A stretch of 50,074 nt of DNA from Myxococcota bacterium (GTDB lineage: Bacteria; Myxococcota_A; UBA796; UBA2385). Below are positions 10,393-20,286 of this stretch, piece by piece; positions within the stretch are counted from its first letter, which is position 1, and each line of letters starts with the position of its first letter. Where the stretch lies: NCBI GenBank assembly GCA_044344255.1, contig JBIJDH010000040.1:1-50074 (forward strand), in the 5' to 3' direction. The position numbers and the translations under genes were made by a program. The notes beneath the pieces were generated by a model, which searched no databases, was not told the origin of the DNA, and worked only from the letters and a program-made list of their open reading frames with translations.

Positions 10393-11880
10393 CTGAACGC
10401 CCCGACGATCCGCGCGGAAGAGACCGTGGAGGTGCTGATCCTCGGCGCGGGCTTCGGGGGCCTCTGCGCGGCGATCCGCCTCCTGCAGGCGGGGCGGCGG
10501 GACTTCCTCCTCCTCGAGCGGGCGAGCCGCCTCGGCGGCACCTGGCGAGACAACCGTTACCCCGGCGCAGCCTGCGACATCCCCTCCCACCTCTACTCCT
10601 TCTCCTTTGACCTCAACCCCCGCTGGACCCGCACCTACGCCGGCCACGCCGAGATCCAGGCCTACCTCGAAGCCTGCACCGAGCGGCACGGGCTCCACCC
10701 TCACCTCCGCACGGGCGCCGAGGTGGAGCTCGCGGAGTGGGACGAGGGCGCCGCCCGCTGGCGGGTGCGCACCACCGACGGCCGTGTGTTCGTCAGTCGG
10801 TTCGTGATCTTTGGCCTCGGCGCCCTCAAGGATCCGCGCTGGCCCGACCTCCCCGGCCTCGACCAGCTCCGGGGGCCGGTCACCCACTCCGCCCGCTGGC
10901 CGGACGGCCTCTCCCTCGCGGGGAGACGCGTGGGGGTGGTCGGCACGGGGGCGAGCGCGGTGCAGATCCTGCCGAAGATCGCCCCCGAGGTCGCCGAGCT
11001 GCACGTCTTTCAGCGCACCCCTGCCTGGGTGGTCCCCCGACGGGATCGCGCCTATCGGAGCGTCGAGAAGGCCGCCCTGACGCGCGTGCCGGGCCTCATC
11101 CGCGTCTTTCGGGAGGCGCTCTACCTCGCCCAGGAGGCACGTTACCCCCTCCTCTTTCGACGACGCGGGCTCGGCGCACGGCTGATCGAGGCGGGGATGC
11201 GGGCCCACATTCGGCGCACGATCTCAGACCCCGCGCTCGTCTCCGCCCTCACGCCCACCTACGCCGCCGGGTGCAAGCGGATCCTCATCTCGTCGGATTA
11301 TTACCCCACCTTCCGGCGATCGAACGTCCACCTTCACACCGAGGCCATCGCGGCGGTCGAGCCCGAGGGGCTGCGAATGGCCGATGGCCGGCTCCAGCCC
11401 CTCGACGCCCTCGTCTGCTGCACCGGCTTCACGGTCGATCAGCCCCTCGGCGCACTCCAGGTCCGCGGGCGTGGCGGCGTCGACCTCGCCCAGCGCTGGG
11501 GCGGCCGGCCGCGGGCCTACCTCGGGGTCACCGTCCCCGGCTACCCGAACGCCTTCATCCTGCTCGGCCCCAACACCGCCCTCGGCCACAACAGCGTGGT
11601 GGTGATGATCGAGGCCCAGGTGGAGTACGCGCTCGAGGCCATCACCCGGACCGCCGCCCGCGGGCCAGTGGCCACCGTCGAGGTCCGCCCGGAGCGCCTG
11701 GACGCCTTCATCGCCGAGGTCGACCACGCCCACCAGGGACAGGCCTGGGCCACGGGCTGCCGGAGCTGGTACCTCAACCAGGACGGACAAAACTTCACGG
11801 TCTGGCCGGGGAGCACCCTCTCCTATCGCTGGCGCCTCCGCCGCTTTGACGCCGAGGCCTACCTGGAGCACGGACGCTGA
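10393..11880 (+). CDS. Baeyer-Villiger-type flavin-containing monooxygenase
   Basis: GAGFGG, GGTWRDNRYPGAACD, LRGPVTHSARW (FxGxxxHxxxW variant), VGTGASAVQ, CKRIL. Start uncertain: CTG 10393 behind AAGGAG, or GTG 10426. Confidence 0.9.
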   Translation: MNAPTIRAEETVEVLILGAGFGGLCAAIRLLQAGRRDFLLLERASRLGGTWRDNRYPGAACDIPSHLYSFSFDLNPRWTRTYAGHAEIQAYLEACTERHGLHPHLRTGAEVELAEWDEGAARWRVRTTDGRVFVSRFVIFGLGALKDPRWPDLPGLDQLRGPVTHSARWPDGLSLAGRRVGVVGTGASAVQILPKIAPEVAELHVFQRTPAWVVPRRDRAYRSVEKAALTRVPGLIRVFREALYLAQEARYPLLFRRRGLGARLIEAGMRAHIRRTISDPALVSALTPTYAAGCKRILISSDYYPTFRRSNVHLHTEAIAAVEPEGLRMADGRLQPLDALVCCTGFTVDQPLGALQVRGRGGVDLAQRWGGRPRAYLGVTVPGYPNAFILLGPNTALGHNSVVVMIEAQVEYALEAITRTAARGPVATVEVRPERLDAFIAEVDHAHQGQAWATGCRSWYLNQDGQNFTVWPGSTLSYRWRLRRFDAEAYLEHGR

Positions 11881-11901
11881 GTCGTGGCCACCGGGGCCAG
11901 C

Positions 11902-11929
11902 TTGACTGTAGGGTCCTCCTGGGTATGAT
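11902..11929 (+). promoter_or_regulatory. Sigma70-type promoter of the cotH-like gene
   Basis: TTGACT(11902-11907)-16nt-TATGAT(11924-11929). Confidence 0.6.
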
Positions 11930-11957
11930 GATCCTGGATGGCGGGAGAGGGTCGAGC

Positions 11958-14096
11958 GTGAACCGGACTGAAACGTACTTAGCGCTTGGACGATCTGCGT
12001 TTCGACGCGGCGCATCGGCGCTCCGGCACGCGGCCCCGTTGCTGCTGCTCGCCTGCCAGCGCCACCCCCAGAACCTCATCACTCAGACGGAGGACACCGA
12101 CGGGCCGGCCGAGCTCGACAGCGCCGCGCCGTGGACGGGGTCGGCGCCCCTCCGAATCAACGAGCTGATGGCGAAGAACCACGCCACGATCCGCTCCCCC
12201 ACAGGCGCCTGGTCCGACTGGGTCGAGCTCTACAACCCGCTCGACCACGCCGTCTCGCTGGAAGGCTGGACCATCACCGACGATGCCGCTGCGGCCTCGG
12301 GCGAGCCGGCGCAGGGGCTGCGCCCGCTCGAGATCGGCGCCGGCGGCTTTCTCCTGCTCTGGGCGGACGGCGAGCCCGAGGCGGGGGCGGAACACCTCCC
12401 CTTCCAACTGAGCGCCGAAGGCGACGGCCTCACCCTCACCGATCCCGATGGGCAGTCCATCGACAGCCTCCGCTTCGGCGAGCTGCTGGAGGACGTCTCG
12501 CTCGGTCGGCCGCTCGACGGCGGCGACGGGTGGGCTCTCCAGCTCCCGGCCACCCCGGGCGCCTCGAACGGCGGTCCGGGCACCCCGGTCGAGCTCTCCA
12601 CCGAGCGGCCCTCGGCCGGGCCCGCGTGTGGCCTCCTGTCCGACCTCTCCTCCGATCCACGGCTCGAGGGGGACCGCTTGACCTTCTCGGTGCGCTGCGG
12701 AGGGCCCCTCTCGACCGAGCAGGCCCTGATTGAGCCCATCCAGCTCCCCGTCGGCGCCACCTTTGACGCCGCGACCCTCACCCTCGACTGGCTCACCGGG
12801 CCGGCGGACGCGGCTCAACACCGCTTCATCTTCGCGGTCACCCCAGCCGACGGCTCGGCCCGCGTCCCCACCGCGGAGGCGATCACCGTCCAGGTGGTCG
12901 ATGATCCGTTCCGCGCGGACAGCGCGCCGGTCGATCCGCTCACCTACCGAGAAGAGTGGGGCCTGCCCGTCGTCCACGTCACCTGGGCCACCGCGCCCGG
13001 CCGCGCGGCCGCCTCCGAGGCCACCCTCACCTTCGACGGTCGACCGTACGCCGCCGAGGTGAGGGTGCATGGGAAGACGAGCACGAACTACCCGAAGGTG
13101 AGCTACGTCCTCGAGCTGACCGACGAGGAGCTCCAGGTGGACGACTGGGGCGGCACCGTCAATCACCTCCTGCTCATCACCACCTTCGACGACAACAGCT
13201 ACGTCCGCCAGAAATTCACCTACGACCTCTGGAACGCGATGTCGGAGGCCTGGGGCCTGAACCGCCTTGGCCCGCGCTCTTGGTTCACCGTCGTCTATAT
13301 CAACGGCGAGTACCACGGCCTCTACGTCGTCGTGGAGCGGCCGGACGACGAGCACCTTCGCCACCGCGACTTCGACGGGGACGCGAACCTCTACAAGGCG
13401 ATCGACGCCGACGCCAACTTCGCCCTCACCGACGCGCTCGGTGAGCCCAAGACCACGCTCCACCAAGGCTATGAGAAGCGGGAGGGTACACCGGAGGACG
13501 ACTTCACCGACCTCGAGGCTTGGGTCTCCTTCGTCGGGAGCAGCCCGGCCGACACCATCATCCGTGAGGCCGACGATTGGTTCGAGCTCGACGAATTTAT
13601 TGACTGGTACCTGCTCGTCCACTACACGGTGGCCGAAGACTCCAAGTCCAAGAACTGTTACCTCTATCATGACCCCGAGACGGGTCGGTTCCGCTACTCT
13701 CCCTGGGACTTCAACGGCTCCTGGGGACAGAACTGGCGTACCTATCGGAGCTCCCCCGAGTTCTCGGACGACTACGCGGACGACAACCGTATCTTCTGGG
13801 CCATCCACGCGGTGCCCGAGGCAGAGGCCGAGCTGTGGAGTCGGTACCATACGCTGCGCGCCGACGGGCCCTTCTCCCTCGACTGGCAGCGGTCGACGCT
13901 GGACGAGTACTTCGCCAAGATCGACCGCTCGGCGCAGCGCGACTGGGACTGGTGGGGCGCGCAGCACCTGGCCTATGATGGATGGGCGAGCGCGCGCACC
14001 GAGAAGGACAACTGGACAGACTATGAGGGCGAGAAGGCCTACCTCTATCAGTGGATCGAGGATCGAGAGGCCTGGATGACGGCAACCCACCCTTGA
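11958..14096 (+). CDS. Lipoprotein with lamin-tail domain and CotH kinase domain
   Basis: Lipobox-like LLLLAC; LRINELMAKN...SDWVELYNP (LTD); VRVHGKTS.NYPK.SY, VYINGEYHGLY..VE, KNCYLY, YSPWDFNGSWG (CotH). GTG start after GGGAGAGG, downstream of the promoter. Confidence 0.85.
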   Translation: MNRTETYLALGRSAFRRGASALRHAAPLLLLACQRHPQNLITQTEDTDGPAELDSAAPWTGSAPLRINELMAKNHATIRSPTGAWSDWVELYNPLDHAVSLEGWTITDDAAAASGEPAQGLRPLEIGAGGFLLLWADGEPEAGAEHLPFQLSAEGDGLTLTDPDGQSIDSLRFGELLEDVSLGRPLDGGDGWALQLPATPGASNGGPGTPVELSTERPSAGPACGLLSDLSSDPRLEGDRLTFSVRCGGPLSTEQALIEPIQLPVGATFDAATLTLDWLTGPADAAQHRFIFAVTPADGSARVPTAEAITVQVVDDPFRADSAPVDPLTYREEWGLPVVHVTWATAPGRAAASEATLTFDGRPYAAEVRVHGKTSTNYPKVSYVLELTDEELQVDDWGGTVNHLLLITTFDDNSYVRQKFTYDLWNAMSEAWGLNRLGPRSWFTVVYINGEYHGLYVVVERPDDEHLRHRDFDGDANLYKAIDADANFALTDALGEPKTTLHQGYEKREGTPEDDFTDLEAWVSFVGSSPADTIIREADDWFELDEFIDWYLLVHYTVAEDSKSKNCYLYHDPETGRFRYSPWDFNGSWGQNWRTYRSSPEFSDDYADDNRIFWAIHAVPEAEAELWSRYHTLRADGPFSLDWQRSTLDEYFAKIDRSAQRDWDWWGAQHLAYDGWASARTEKDNWTDYEGEKAYLYQWIEDREAWMTATHP

Positions 14097-14136
14097 GGGG
14101 CCAACACGAGCGGCCCTGCGCACACGGCTCCGCCGC

Positions 14137-14628
14137 TCAGGGCGCCTCGGCGGGGAAGGTGTCGCCGCAGTCCAGCCACACGCTCAGGAGCATCAGGTCA
14201 TTCGGGAAGACCCCTCCGCCCACCGGCATGTCCTCATCGACCACCGTGCGCACGCGGATGCGCTCCGCCCAGGTCTCTCCCTGGGAACGCGTGTCAAAGG
14301 TCACGGCGGCGGGCGCTCCGAAGCGCTGCGGGCTGTCCTCCGCGTGACAGGAGTCGCAGTAGCTGAGCAGGAAGGGCCGGACGGTGGTCTCCCAGGAGAC
14401 GGGGTAGGCCCGCTGCTCGTCGGTGCAGCGCGACGCAGCCTCCGCCTCACCCTCCCCCACGGCGGCGGGTGCCCCCGCCGGCTCTTCGGCGCCGCAGCCT
14501 CCCACCACGAGCAGCACCCAGAGCGAGCAGCGGGCCAGCGACACGCCCGCCAGGCGGGCCAGCGACACGCCCGCGAGGCGGACCTCCAGGGAGCGGGCTC
14601 GGGACAGGCGGTGGTGCACGGTGTTCAT
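14137..14628 (-). CDS. Monoheme c-type cytochrome lipoprotein
   Basis: LVVGGC lipobox; VRPFLLSYCDSCH (CxxCH) and a distal DMPVGG Met ligand candidate. Confidence 0.75.
   Translation of the reverse strand: MNTVHHRLSRARSLEVRLAGVSLARLAGVSLARCSLWVLLVVGGCGAEEPAGAPAAVGEGEAEAASRCTDEQRAYPVSWETTVRPFLLSYCDSCHAEDSPQRFGAPAAVTFDTRSQGETWAERIRVRTVVDEDMPVGGGVFPNDLMLLSVWLDCGDTFPAEAP
14530..14577. repeat. 24-bp in-frame tandem duplication in a signal peptide
   Basis: GCGGGCCAGCGACACGCCCGC(C/G)AG x2, encoding LAGVSLAR twice. Confidence 0.8.
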
Positions 14629-14631
14629 CCC

Positions 14632-15927
14632 TCAGGCCATGAGCGCGGTGATCGGGGCCGAGCCCTCTCGGGCCTCGCTGGGATCGACGTCCCCGAGGGC
14701 GAGCAGGGTCGCGCCGAGGTCTCTCGTGTGCGGGATCGCGCCCGCTGGATCGAGCTCGCCGGTCGCGAAGTCAATTCCCTCTCCGTATCCACCCTCTCCA
14801 CAGCCGCCGACGACTTGACCACCGGCGACGCCGCTGCCGATCAGCATCGCCGAGGTGAAGGTGAAGTGGTCCTTCCCCTGATTGGCGTTGAGGAGGGGGC
14901 CGCGGCCCATCTCTGAGCAGACCACCACCGTGACCTCCTCGGCGAGGCTGCCACTGGTGGCGCCGCTGCGGCTGTCGAGCTCGACCATCAGCATGTTGAG
15001 GAGCTGGAAGAGCTCATCGAAGTGCCTGGACTGCATCACATTCTGGGAGTGGGTGTCCCAGCCCAAGTTGTACAGCCCCTTGTAGTCAAAGCTCACGCAG
15101 CGGGAGACGCCCGTGGCGAGCACGTCGACCGCCGCCTGGAAGTAGCTCCAGGACTGGGGGACGCCGGCCTCGACCGCTCCGCCGAGCTCGTTCAGGCCGA
15201 TGAGCTCGGCGTACTCGACGACCTGCGTCGCTTGGCTGAGGGAGCGTTGATAGGCCGAACCGAAGCGGGTAGCCCGCCCCGCGTCAGCGCCGCTCACATA
15301 GCGGCTGACCCGCTCCCGTACGAAGGCGTCTACCTTGGCCTCGGCGCTGATCGGCAGCAAGTTCACCGGGGTGTCGCTGAACTCAGTGATCGCCGACCCG
15401 TCCACCAGCTTCCCGAGCTGACCGGAGGGCCCCACCCGCACCACCTGGCTCGCGTATTGGTCGCTGAAGGCGATCCCGGAGAGCACCACCGACGGAAGGA
15501 CGAGGTCGTTGACCGAACGGGCGGCGAGGATGGAGGCCCAGTCGTCGGCGGCGGCGTCGGCCGTGCCGGTGAGGATGAGCTTCAGGCAGCGGGCGTGGGT
15601 GATCGAGGGGCTCTCGAGCCCGTTCACCACGGCGGCGCGGTCCCCATAACTCTCAAAGAAGGCACGGACGTTCGGCCGATCCGCGTGATCGACGTAAATG
15701 ATGCCGTTGGCCTCCGCGGTGGTGGCGTCGGCCTCGACGTCCACGCCGGCCACCCCGAAGAGGGGCGCGAAGACGAGGGTCGGATCCCAGCCGCCCGCGC
15801 ACACCACAAAGATGAATTTCCGCTCCGGCACGGGGCTGTCGGCGCGGGCCACCCGGGAGTGAAAGAGGGAGAGCGGGAGGGCGAGGCCGGCCGAGCTGAC
15901 CGCGAGGAGCTGACGGCGGTTCATCAT
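14632..15927 (-). CDS. DUF1501 family protein with Tat signal
   Basis: MMNRRQLL twin-arginine signal; FIFVVCAGGWDP, GWDTHSQN, VVVCSEMGRGP.LN..QGKDH. Confidence 0.85.
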   Translation of the reverse strand: MMNRRQLLAVSSAGLALPLSLFHSRVARADSPVPERKFIFVVCAGGWDPTLVFAPLFGVAGVDVEADATTAEANGIIYVDHADRPNVRAFFESYGDRAAVVNGLESPSITHARCLKLILTGTADAAADDWASILAARSVNDLVLPSVVLSGIAFSDQYASQVVRVGPSGQLGKLVDGSAITEFSDTPVNLLPISAEAKVDAFVRERVSRYVSGADAGRATRFGSAYQRSLSQATQVVEYAELIGLNELGGAVEAGVPQSWSYFQAAVDVLATGVSRCVSFDYKGLYNLGWDTHSQNVMQSRHFDELFQLLNMLMVELDSRSGATSGSLAEEVTVVVCSEMGRGPLLNANQGKDHFTFTSAMLIGSGVAGGQVVGGCGEGGYGEGIDFATGELDPAGAIPHTRDLGATLLALGDVDPSEAREGSAPITALMA

Positions 15928-15932
15928 GGAGC

Positions 15933-17702
15933 TCACTCGGTCAGAAATTCGGGGTCTTGGAAGAGGGCGAGCAACATGCCCGTCCAGCCGGCCTGCACAC
16001 CGTCCTCGAGGACGATGTCCGCCCACAGGGCCTCGAGCTCGGCGAGCTCGGCGTCGGTGGGCGCGCGGGCCAGCAGGCGGCGGTGCAGCTCGACGAGCTG
16101 GGCCTCGAATTCGGGGTCCCCTGGGCGCGAGCTCTGCGTGACCAGTGTGAGGAGGCGGGCCTCCCCGGGCGCTTCGATGAGATCGTGCTGCACGCCCGCG
16201 AAGGCCGCGCCGCGGCTGAGGTTCTGGGCCACGAGGTTCCACGTCAGGCCCGGATCCTGCTGGGGGTCGGTCACGCTCACCCCGTCCACCCCGCCGCCGA
16301 GGATACGAAACCCGTCGCCGTCGTCGCGGAGCTGATCACCGTAGTTGTCTGTCCACCGAAAGCCCGTGAGCTCCTCGATCGCGGTCTGGAGCTGATCGGG
16401 GGAGAGCATCCGCACCGTCAGCTCCCGGTCGACCGTGGCCTGGGGAGCGTCTGCGCTGAAGGCCCCGGCCCGGTACTGGGCGGAGTCCGTGAGGTCGATC
16501 ACCAGGGAGCGGATGCGCATCCCCTCGTCCCGGAATTCTTGGTCGAGGGTGAGCACCGTCGGGAGATCGGTGAGCGTCGTGTCGCGGCGCCAGAGGGCCT
16601 TGGCCATCCGCCGAACCGCGCACTGGGAGAAGCGAGGGTCGTCGGCGATGACCACGCCGAGGTCTTCGAGGCCGTAGACCGGCTCTCCGAACCACGCGGG
16701 CTCCACCGGGGTGAGCGTGCTGGCCAGCGCCTCCCGCTCTGGGTGGTAGTAGGTCATCTCATCGGCGCTGTATTGGACAGCGACCCAAAATCCGAAGAGG
16801 GCGGCCGCCACGGGCTCAATCGATGCGTGGCAGGTCACACAATAGGGCTCGTTCAGGATGGCCGCCGAGGGATCCTCCGCAGAGGTGCGCCCCGCCGCCG
16901 AGAAGTTCACCGGGCGCCCGAGGAGGTCCGTACACGCGAGCAGCCGGAAGAGCGCGCTGGCCCGGGACCGGCTCTGATTGAAGGTGTTGGTGGTGTATCG
17001 CCACCAGAGGCCGTTCGAGACGAGCACCCCGGCCTTCGGCCGCTGGTCATTCCATTGGGAGACCTGCCAGCCATCGCCGCCCTCCGGGTAGTCGATCGGC
17101 CAGACGTCGCCCAGCAGCTCGTTGGACAACATGTAGTCCGCGGTCACCACCTCGGTCCAGGGGAGGTCACGCGCGCCGACGTACGCGAGCAGGCGCAGGG
17201 GCTCCTCTCCGATCGAGCGGCGGAGCGGACGGTCATCGACCCTCTCCAGACCGTAGTCGTAATATTCGATGTCATACACCGTCACCAGCGTGTGCCACTG
17301 CTCCCCGAACAACACCACGAGGCGCTCTTCAAAACGAGGGTCTGCCAACATCTCATCGCGGATGCGCGAGAGCGCGGCGGGGTCGGCCTCCACGGCGTCG
17401 AGCTCGGCCAGGGTGGGCAAGGTACCGCGCAGATCGAGGCTCATTCGCCGGAGCAGCCGCGCGTCGCCGAGCGGGACGAGGCCCACGGTGGGATCGATCA
17501 GGGGCACGGCGGCCGAGGCCGCGCTGTCGGCGCCCCCTGTCGGACTGCCCTTGGGCTCAGCGGGCCCTCCGCACGAGAGCCCGCCCGAGAGGAGGACCGT
17601 GAGGAGGACCGTGAGGCCGACCGAGCGCCACACGGGATGGTGGACAGAGCGGAGGGGGGGGCGAACCGGGATCAACCACCCGGTTGGAGACGGCGGGCTC
17701 AT
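15933..17702 (-). CDS. DUF1549/DUF1585/DUF1588-like (PSD-type) lipoprotein with one CxxCH
   Basis: LLRRMSLDLRGTLPT..E, PYCVTCHASIEP, FSQCAVRR....L..R, RMLSPDQL. ATG 17702 overlaps the upstream stop (ATGA). Confidence 0.8.
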   Translation of the reverse strand: MSPPSPTGWLIPVRPPLRSVHHPVWRSVGLTVLLTVLLSGGLSCGGPAEPKGSPTGGADSAASAAVPLIDPTVGLVPLGDARLLRRMSLDLRGTLPTLAELDAVEADPAALSRIRDEMLADPRFEERLVVLFGEQWHTLVTVYDIEYYDYGLERVDDRPLRRSIGEEPLRLLAYVGARDLPWTEVVTADYMLSNELLGDVWPIDYPEGGDGWQVSQWNDQRPKAGVLVSNGLWWRYTTNTFNQSRSRASALFRLLACTDLLGRPVNFSAAGRTSAEDPSAAILNEPYCVTCHASIEPVAAALFGFWVAVQYSADEMTYYHPEREALASTLTPVEPAWFGEPVYGLEDLGVVIADDPRFSQCAVRRMAKALWRRDTTLTDLPTVLTLDQEFRDEGMRIRSLVIDLTDSAQYRAGAFSADAPQATVDRELTVRMLSPDQLQTAIEELTGFRWTDNYGDQLRDDGDGFRILGGGVDGVSVTDPQQDPGLTWNLVAQNLSRGAAFAGVQHDLIEAPGEARLLTLVTQSSRPGDPEFEAQLVELHRRLLARAPTDAELAELEALWADIVLEDGVQAGWTGMLLALFQDPEFLTE

Positions 17703-18700
17703 GGTGTGACCGTGGGGAGGACGAGGAGGTCGCGCCCGAACTCGACGAGGTCCACACAGACCGGCGAGCGGCTCTCTGACCCGTCCCATTGGATGACCCC
17801 ACAGCCCGTACACGCCTCATCTAGGGTGATGGTGGCCCACAGCCCGCTCGGGTCCCGAACACTCAGCGCGCCCTTGGGGTTACTGTCGCAGCCCGCAGTG
17901 TCGAAGGTGAGCTGATCGAAAAAATACTCGACACCTCCCTGGGATAGCACACCGTCAAGGCGCGCCGTGGCGCCGGCGGTCGAATAGCTGCCTTCGGCCG
18001 TGAGCGCCCCGCTGTAGCCCTCCCCACTGAGCCAGCCGACGGCGGTGCCATCCCGCCAGGAGCCGACGACCTCCATCCGCCAGTCCATCCCGCCGCTGTC
18101 GACGCTGGGGAGAGCGATGAACCGGTTCACCCCGCCGGCCACGTAGGCCCGCCCCTCGAGGTCACGCAGCTCGAAGTCGCCGGACATGAGGGTTAGGGTG
18201 CTCTCACCGTCCTCCGTGGCCACGTAGCTCGCTACTCCGGAGAAGAAATATCCAGACTCCGCCGTGCAGCCCGTCTTCGGGACCTTGGAGTCCGAGATCT
18301 GGAGGGGGTCTCCGGGGCAGACCTCATCGCCCCACGCCATCCACTCGAGGTACTGGTGCTGCAGCACCCTCGGGCTCGGGACGCCGAGCGCGAGCCCGCG
18401 CTCGAGCTCGGCCACGAGCGCCTCATCCGTGTAGGTCCGCTCGGGCAGGGGCCGGGGCTCATCCTCCGCCTCGGCGCCCCCGCTGTCGCCTGAGGCCTCG
18501 CCGCCGCTGTCGTCAGCGCCCGCCCCCTCGCCGGCCGGCCCCTTCTCCGGGGAGCAGGCGCCGAGGGCGAGGAAACCCAGACCGAGCGGAGAGGCTCCGC
18601 CCATCACGCCCATCCACCCGACGACCCTCACGATTGCCGCCGCGCCCGGCCCGGCCGCGCCTCGCGCAATCGGCTTTTCAACTCGTTCTTTGCTAGTCAT
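17699..18700 (-). CDS. Hypothetical lipoprotein
   Basis: FLALGAC lipobox, DDSG/GDSG linker, several Cys; first gene of a tightly packed 4-gene operon. Confidence 0.7.
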   Translation of the reverse strand: MTSKERVEKPIARGAAGPGAAAIVRVVGWMGVMGGASPLGLGFLALGACSPEKGPAGEGAGADDSGGEASGDSGGAEAEDEPRPLPERTYTDEALVAELERGLALGVPSPRVLQHQYLEWMAWGDEVCPGDPLQISDSKVPKTGCTAESGYFFSGVASYVATEDGESTLTLMSGDFELRDLEGRAYVAGGVNRFIALPSVDSGGMDWRMEVVGSWRDGTAVGWLSGEGYSGALTAEGSYSTAGATARLDGVLSQGGVEYFFDQLTFDTAGCDSNPKGALSVRDPSGLWATITLDEACTGCGVIQWDGSESRSPVCVDLVEFGRDLLVLPTVTP

Positions 18701-18746
18701 CTCGGGAGGATATCACACCTTCGCCCAGGCTCCTACGCTGTTCTTG

Positions 18747-19409
18747 TCAAGGGGCCGTCGCGGGGGCATCGCGGGGCCGGGGCGGAGCGAGGCGGCGCAC
18801 CTCGGCGGCGCCGTCCACCGCGGCGGCCAGGAGCGAGAGCTGCGCCGCCACGTCGGAGGCGGCGACGCCGGTGAACCGCGCGATCTCGACGCGGGCGGCG
18901 AGCTCTCCGACGGCCGCGAGGCCCCGTTCGAGCTCCAGCCGGGCCCCCTCCCTCAGCGCCAAGAGCTGATCGAGGCTCCGGAGCTGGACGGTGAGGAGGT
19001 CTCGAGCCGGCTGCGGGGCGGCCTCCCACGTCCGCATGATCTGATCTCGATCATTCCTGGGCTGAGCCAAGGCTCGAGAGAGCTCGGCGTGACGCTGATC
19101 CAGGGCGCCCAGGCCACGGCGCACCGCGCGCAAGGGCGCCTCGACGTCGAGGCCGGCGGGGGCGGCCTCCCACGCCAGGAGGGCCCCGCGGAGCCCCTCG
19201 ACGGCCTCCTCGATCCGGTCCGCGCACGGCGCCGCGGCGCTCGCCTCGAAGGAGGTCGAGGGCGGGGACACGCGCACCAGCAGGCCGGGGAGGAACAGGG
19301 GCCAGAGGGGCACGGCCAGCAGGGCGCCCGAGTGACGACCGCGGGCCATCGCGAGGCCGATGGCCCCGCCGATCAGGAGGTAGAGGACGCAGAGCTCGAG
19401 GGGCCGCAT
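18747..19409 (-). CDS. Membrane-anchored coiled-coil hypothetical protein
   Basis: Two N-terminal hydrophobic segments (LCVLYLLIGGAIGLAM; LLAVPLWPLFLPGLL), then helical heptad-like sequence; GGAG RBS, ATG 19409. Confidence 0.75.
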   Translation of the reverse strand: MRPLELCVLYLLIGGAIGLAMARGRHSGALLAVPLWPLFLPGLLVRVSPPSTSFEASAAAPCADRIEEAVEGLRGALLAWEAAPAGLDVEAPLRAVRRGLGALDQRHAELSRALAQPRNDRDQIMRTWEAAPQPARDLLTVQLRSLDQLLALREGARLELERGLAAVGELAARVEIARFTGVAASDVAAQLSLLAAAVDGAAEVRRLAPPRPRDAPATAP

Positions 19410-19458
19410 GACAGGCTCCAGCCCAGGGGTTCGGGCAGGCGGGGCGGTGACGGGGAGG

Positions 19459-20184
19459 TCAATGGATGAGGGTGTCGAGGATCCGCCACACGCCGAGGGG
19501 GGCCATCCCGGTGAAGAGCACAGACCAGGCGAGCACGAGGCGGCCAGGGGTGGCGGTGCGGGGGGACTCCGCTCGGGCGCCGGTGACCACCATGCGCTGA
19601 AAGGCTCGATAGAGCGCGAAGGTGCCCGACAGGCCAGCGAGGAAGGGGAGCCCGTAGCCGACCGGGACGAAGAAGGCGTTGCGCAAGAAGGCTGAGCCCA
19701 CATCCTCCCCCGTCGCGAGGCTGAGGCCGAGGCCCGCCGCCAGATAGAGCGGCAACAGCCCGAGCAGCACCATCGCGGAGGTGGCCTGCGCCCGCATCGC
19801 CTCGGCGACGATGCGGTTCGCCGGGGTCCGGAGACCTGCCAGCAACGCATAGAACCAGGCGCTCGGCAGGCCGGCCACCTGGGCGCCGAACATCCCGCCC
19901 GAATAGGCGAGGAAGAGACAGGCGCCGGCGCGCCAGGCGTCCATCCGCCACAGGGCCGCGGGGAAGACCTCCGCCCCCGCTCGGGTGACGATGAGGCCCT
20001 GGGCCGCCGCGTAGGCCGCGAAGGCCGCCACGGTGAGGCCCACGAGCCGAGGGAGCTCCACGGATACGCCGGCGGCCTCCGCGAAGCGGCGATCGAGGGC
20101 GACGGGGTCACGGAGCAGGTGATCGACGAGGGCCGGCTCCTCGACAATGGGGGGCCGGGGGAGGGTCGGGCTCAGAGTGGACAT
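19459..20184 (-). CDS. Multi-pass membrane protein (Yip1-like, ~5 TM)
   Basis: LLRDP...RRF start, AYAAAQG, GLPSAWFYALLAG; GGAG RBS, ATG 20184; similar layout to the neighbouring gene. Confidence 0.75.
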   Translation of the reverse strand: MSTLSPTLPRPPIVEEPALVDHLLRDPVALDRRFAEAAGVSVELPRLVGLTVAAFAAYAAAQGLIVTRAGAEVFPAALWRMDAWRAGACLFLAYSGGMFGAQVAGLPSAWFYALLAGLRTPANRIVAEAMRAQATSAMVLLGLLPLYLAAGLGLSLATGEDVGSAFLRNAFFVPVGYGLPFLAGLSGTFALYRAFQRMVVTGARAESPRTATPGRLVLAWSVLFTGMAPLGVWRILDTLIH

Positions 20185-20286
20185 GACAGGCTCCAGAGCG
20201 AGAGATCCGGGAGGATGTGACAGGGGGTGCTTCAAGCGGTCTACGGACGCCCCAAGTCGGGGGTCTCCGAACAGCGGTGAATTCAA

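Noticed and set aside
20196..20225. ECF-like TGTCACA promoter upstream of 20184
   Set aside because: The -10 match is poor and no consistent motif is shared with the neighbouring genes.
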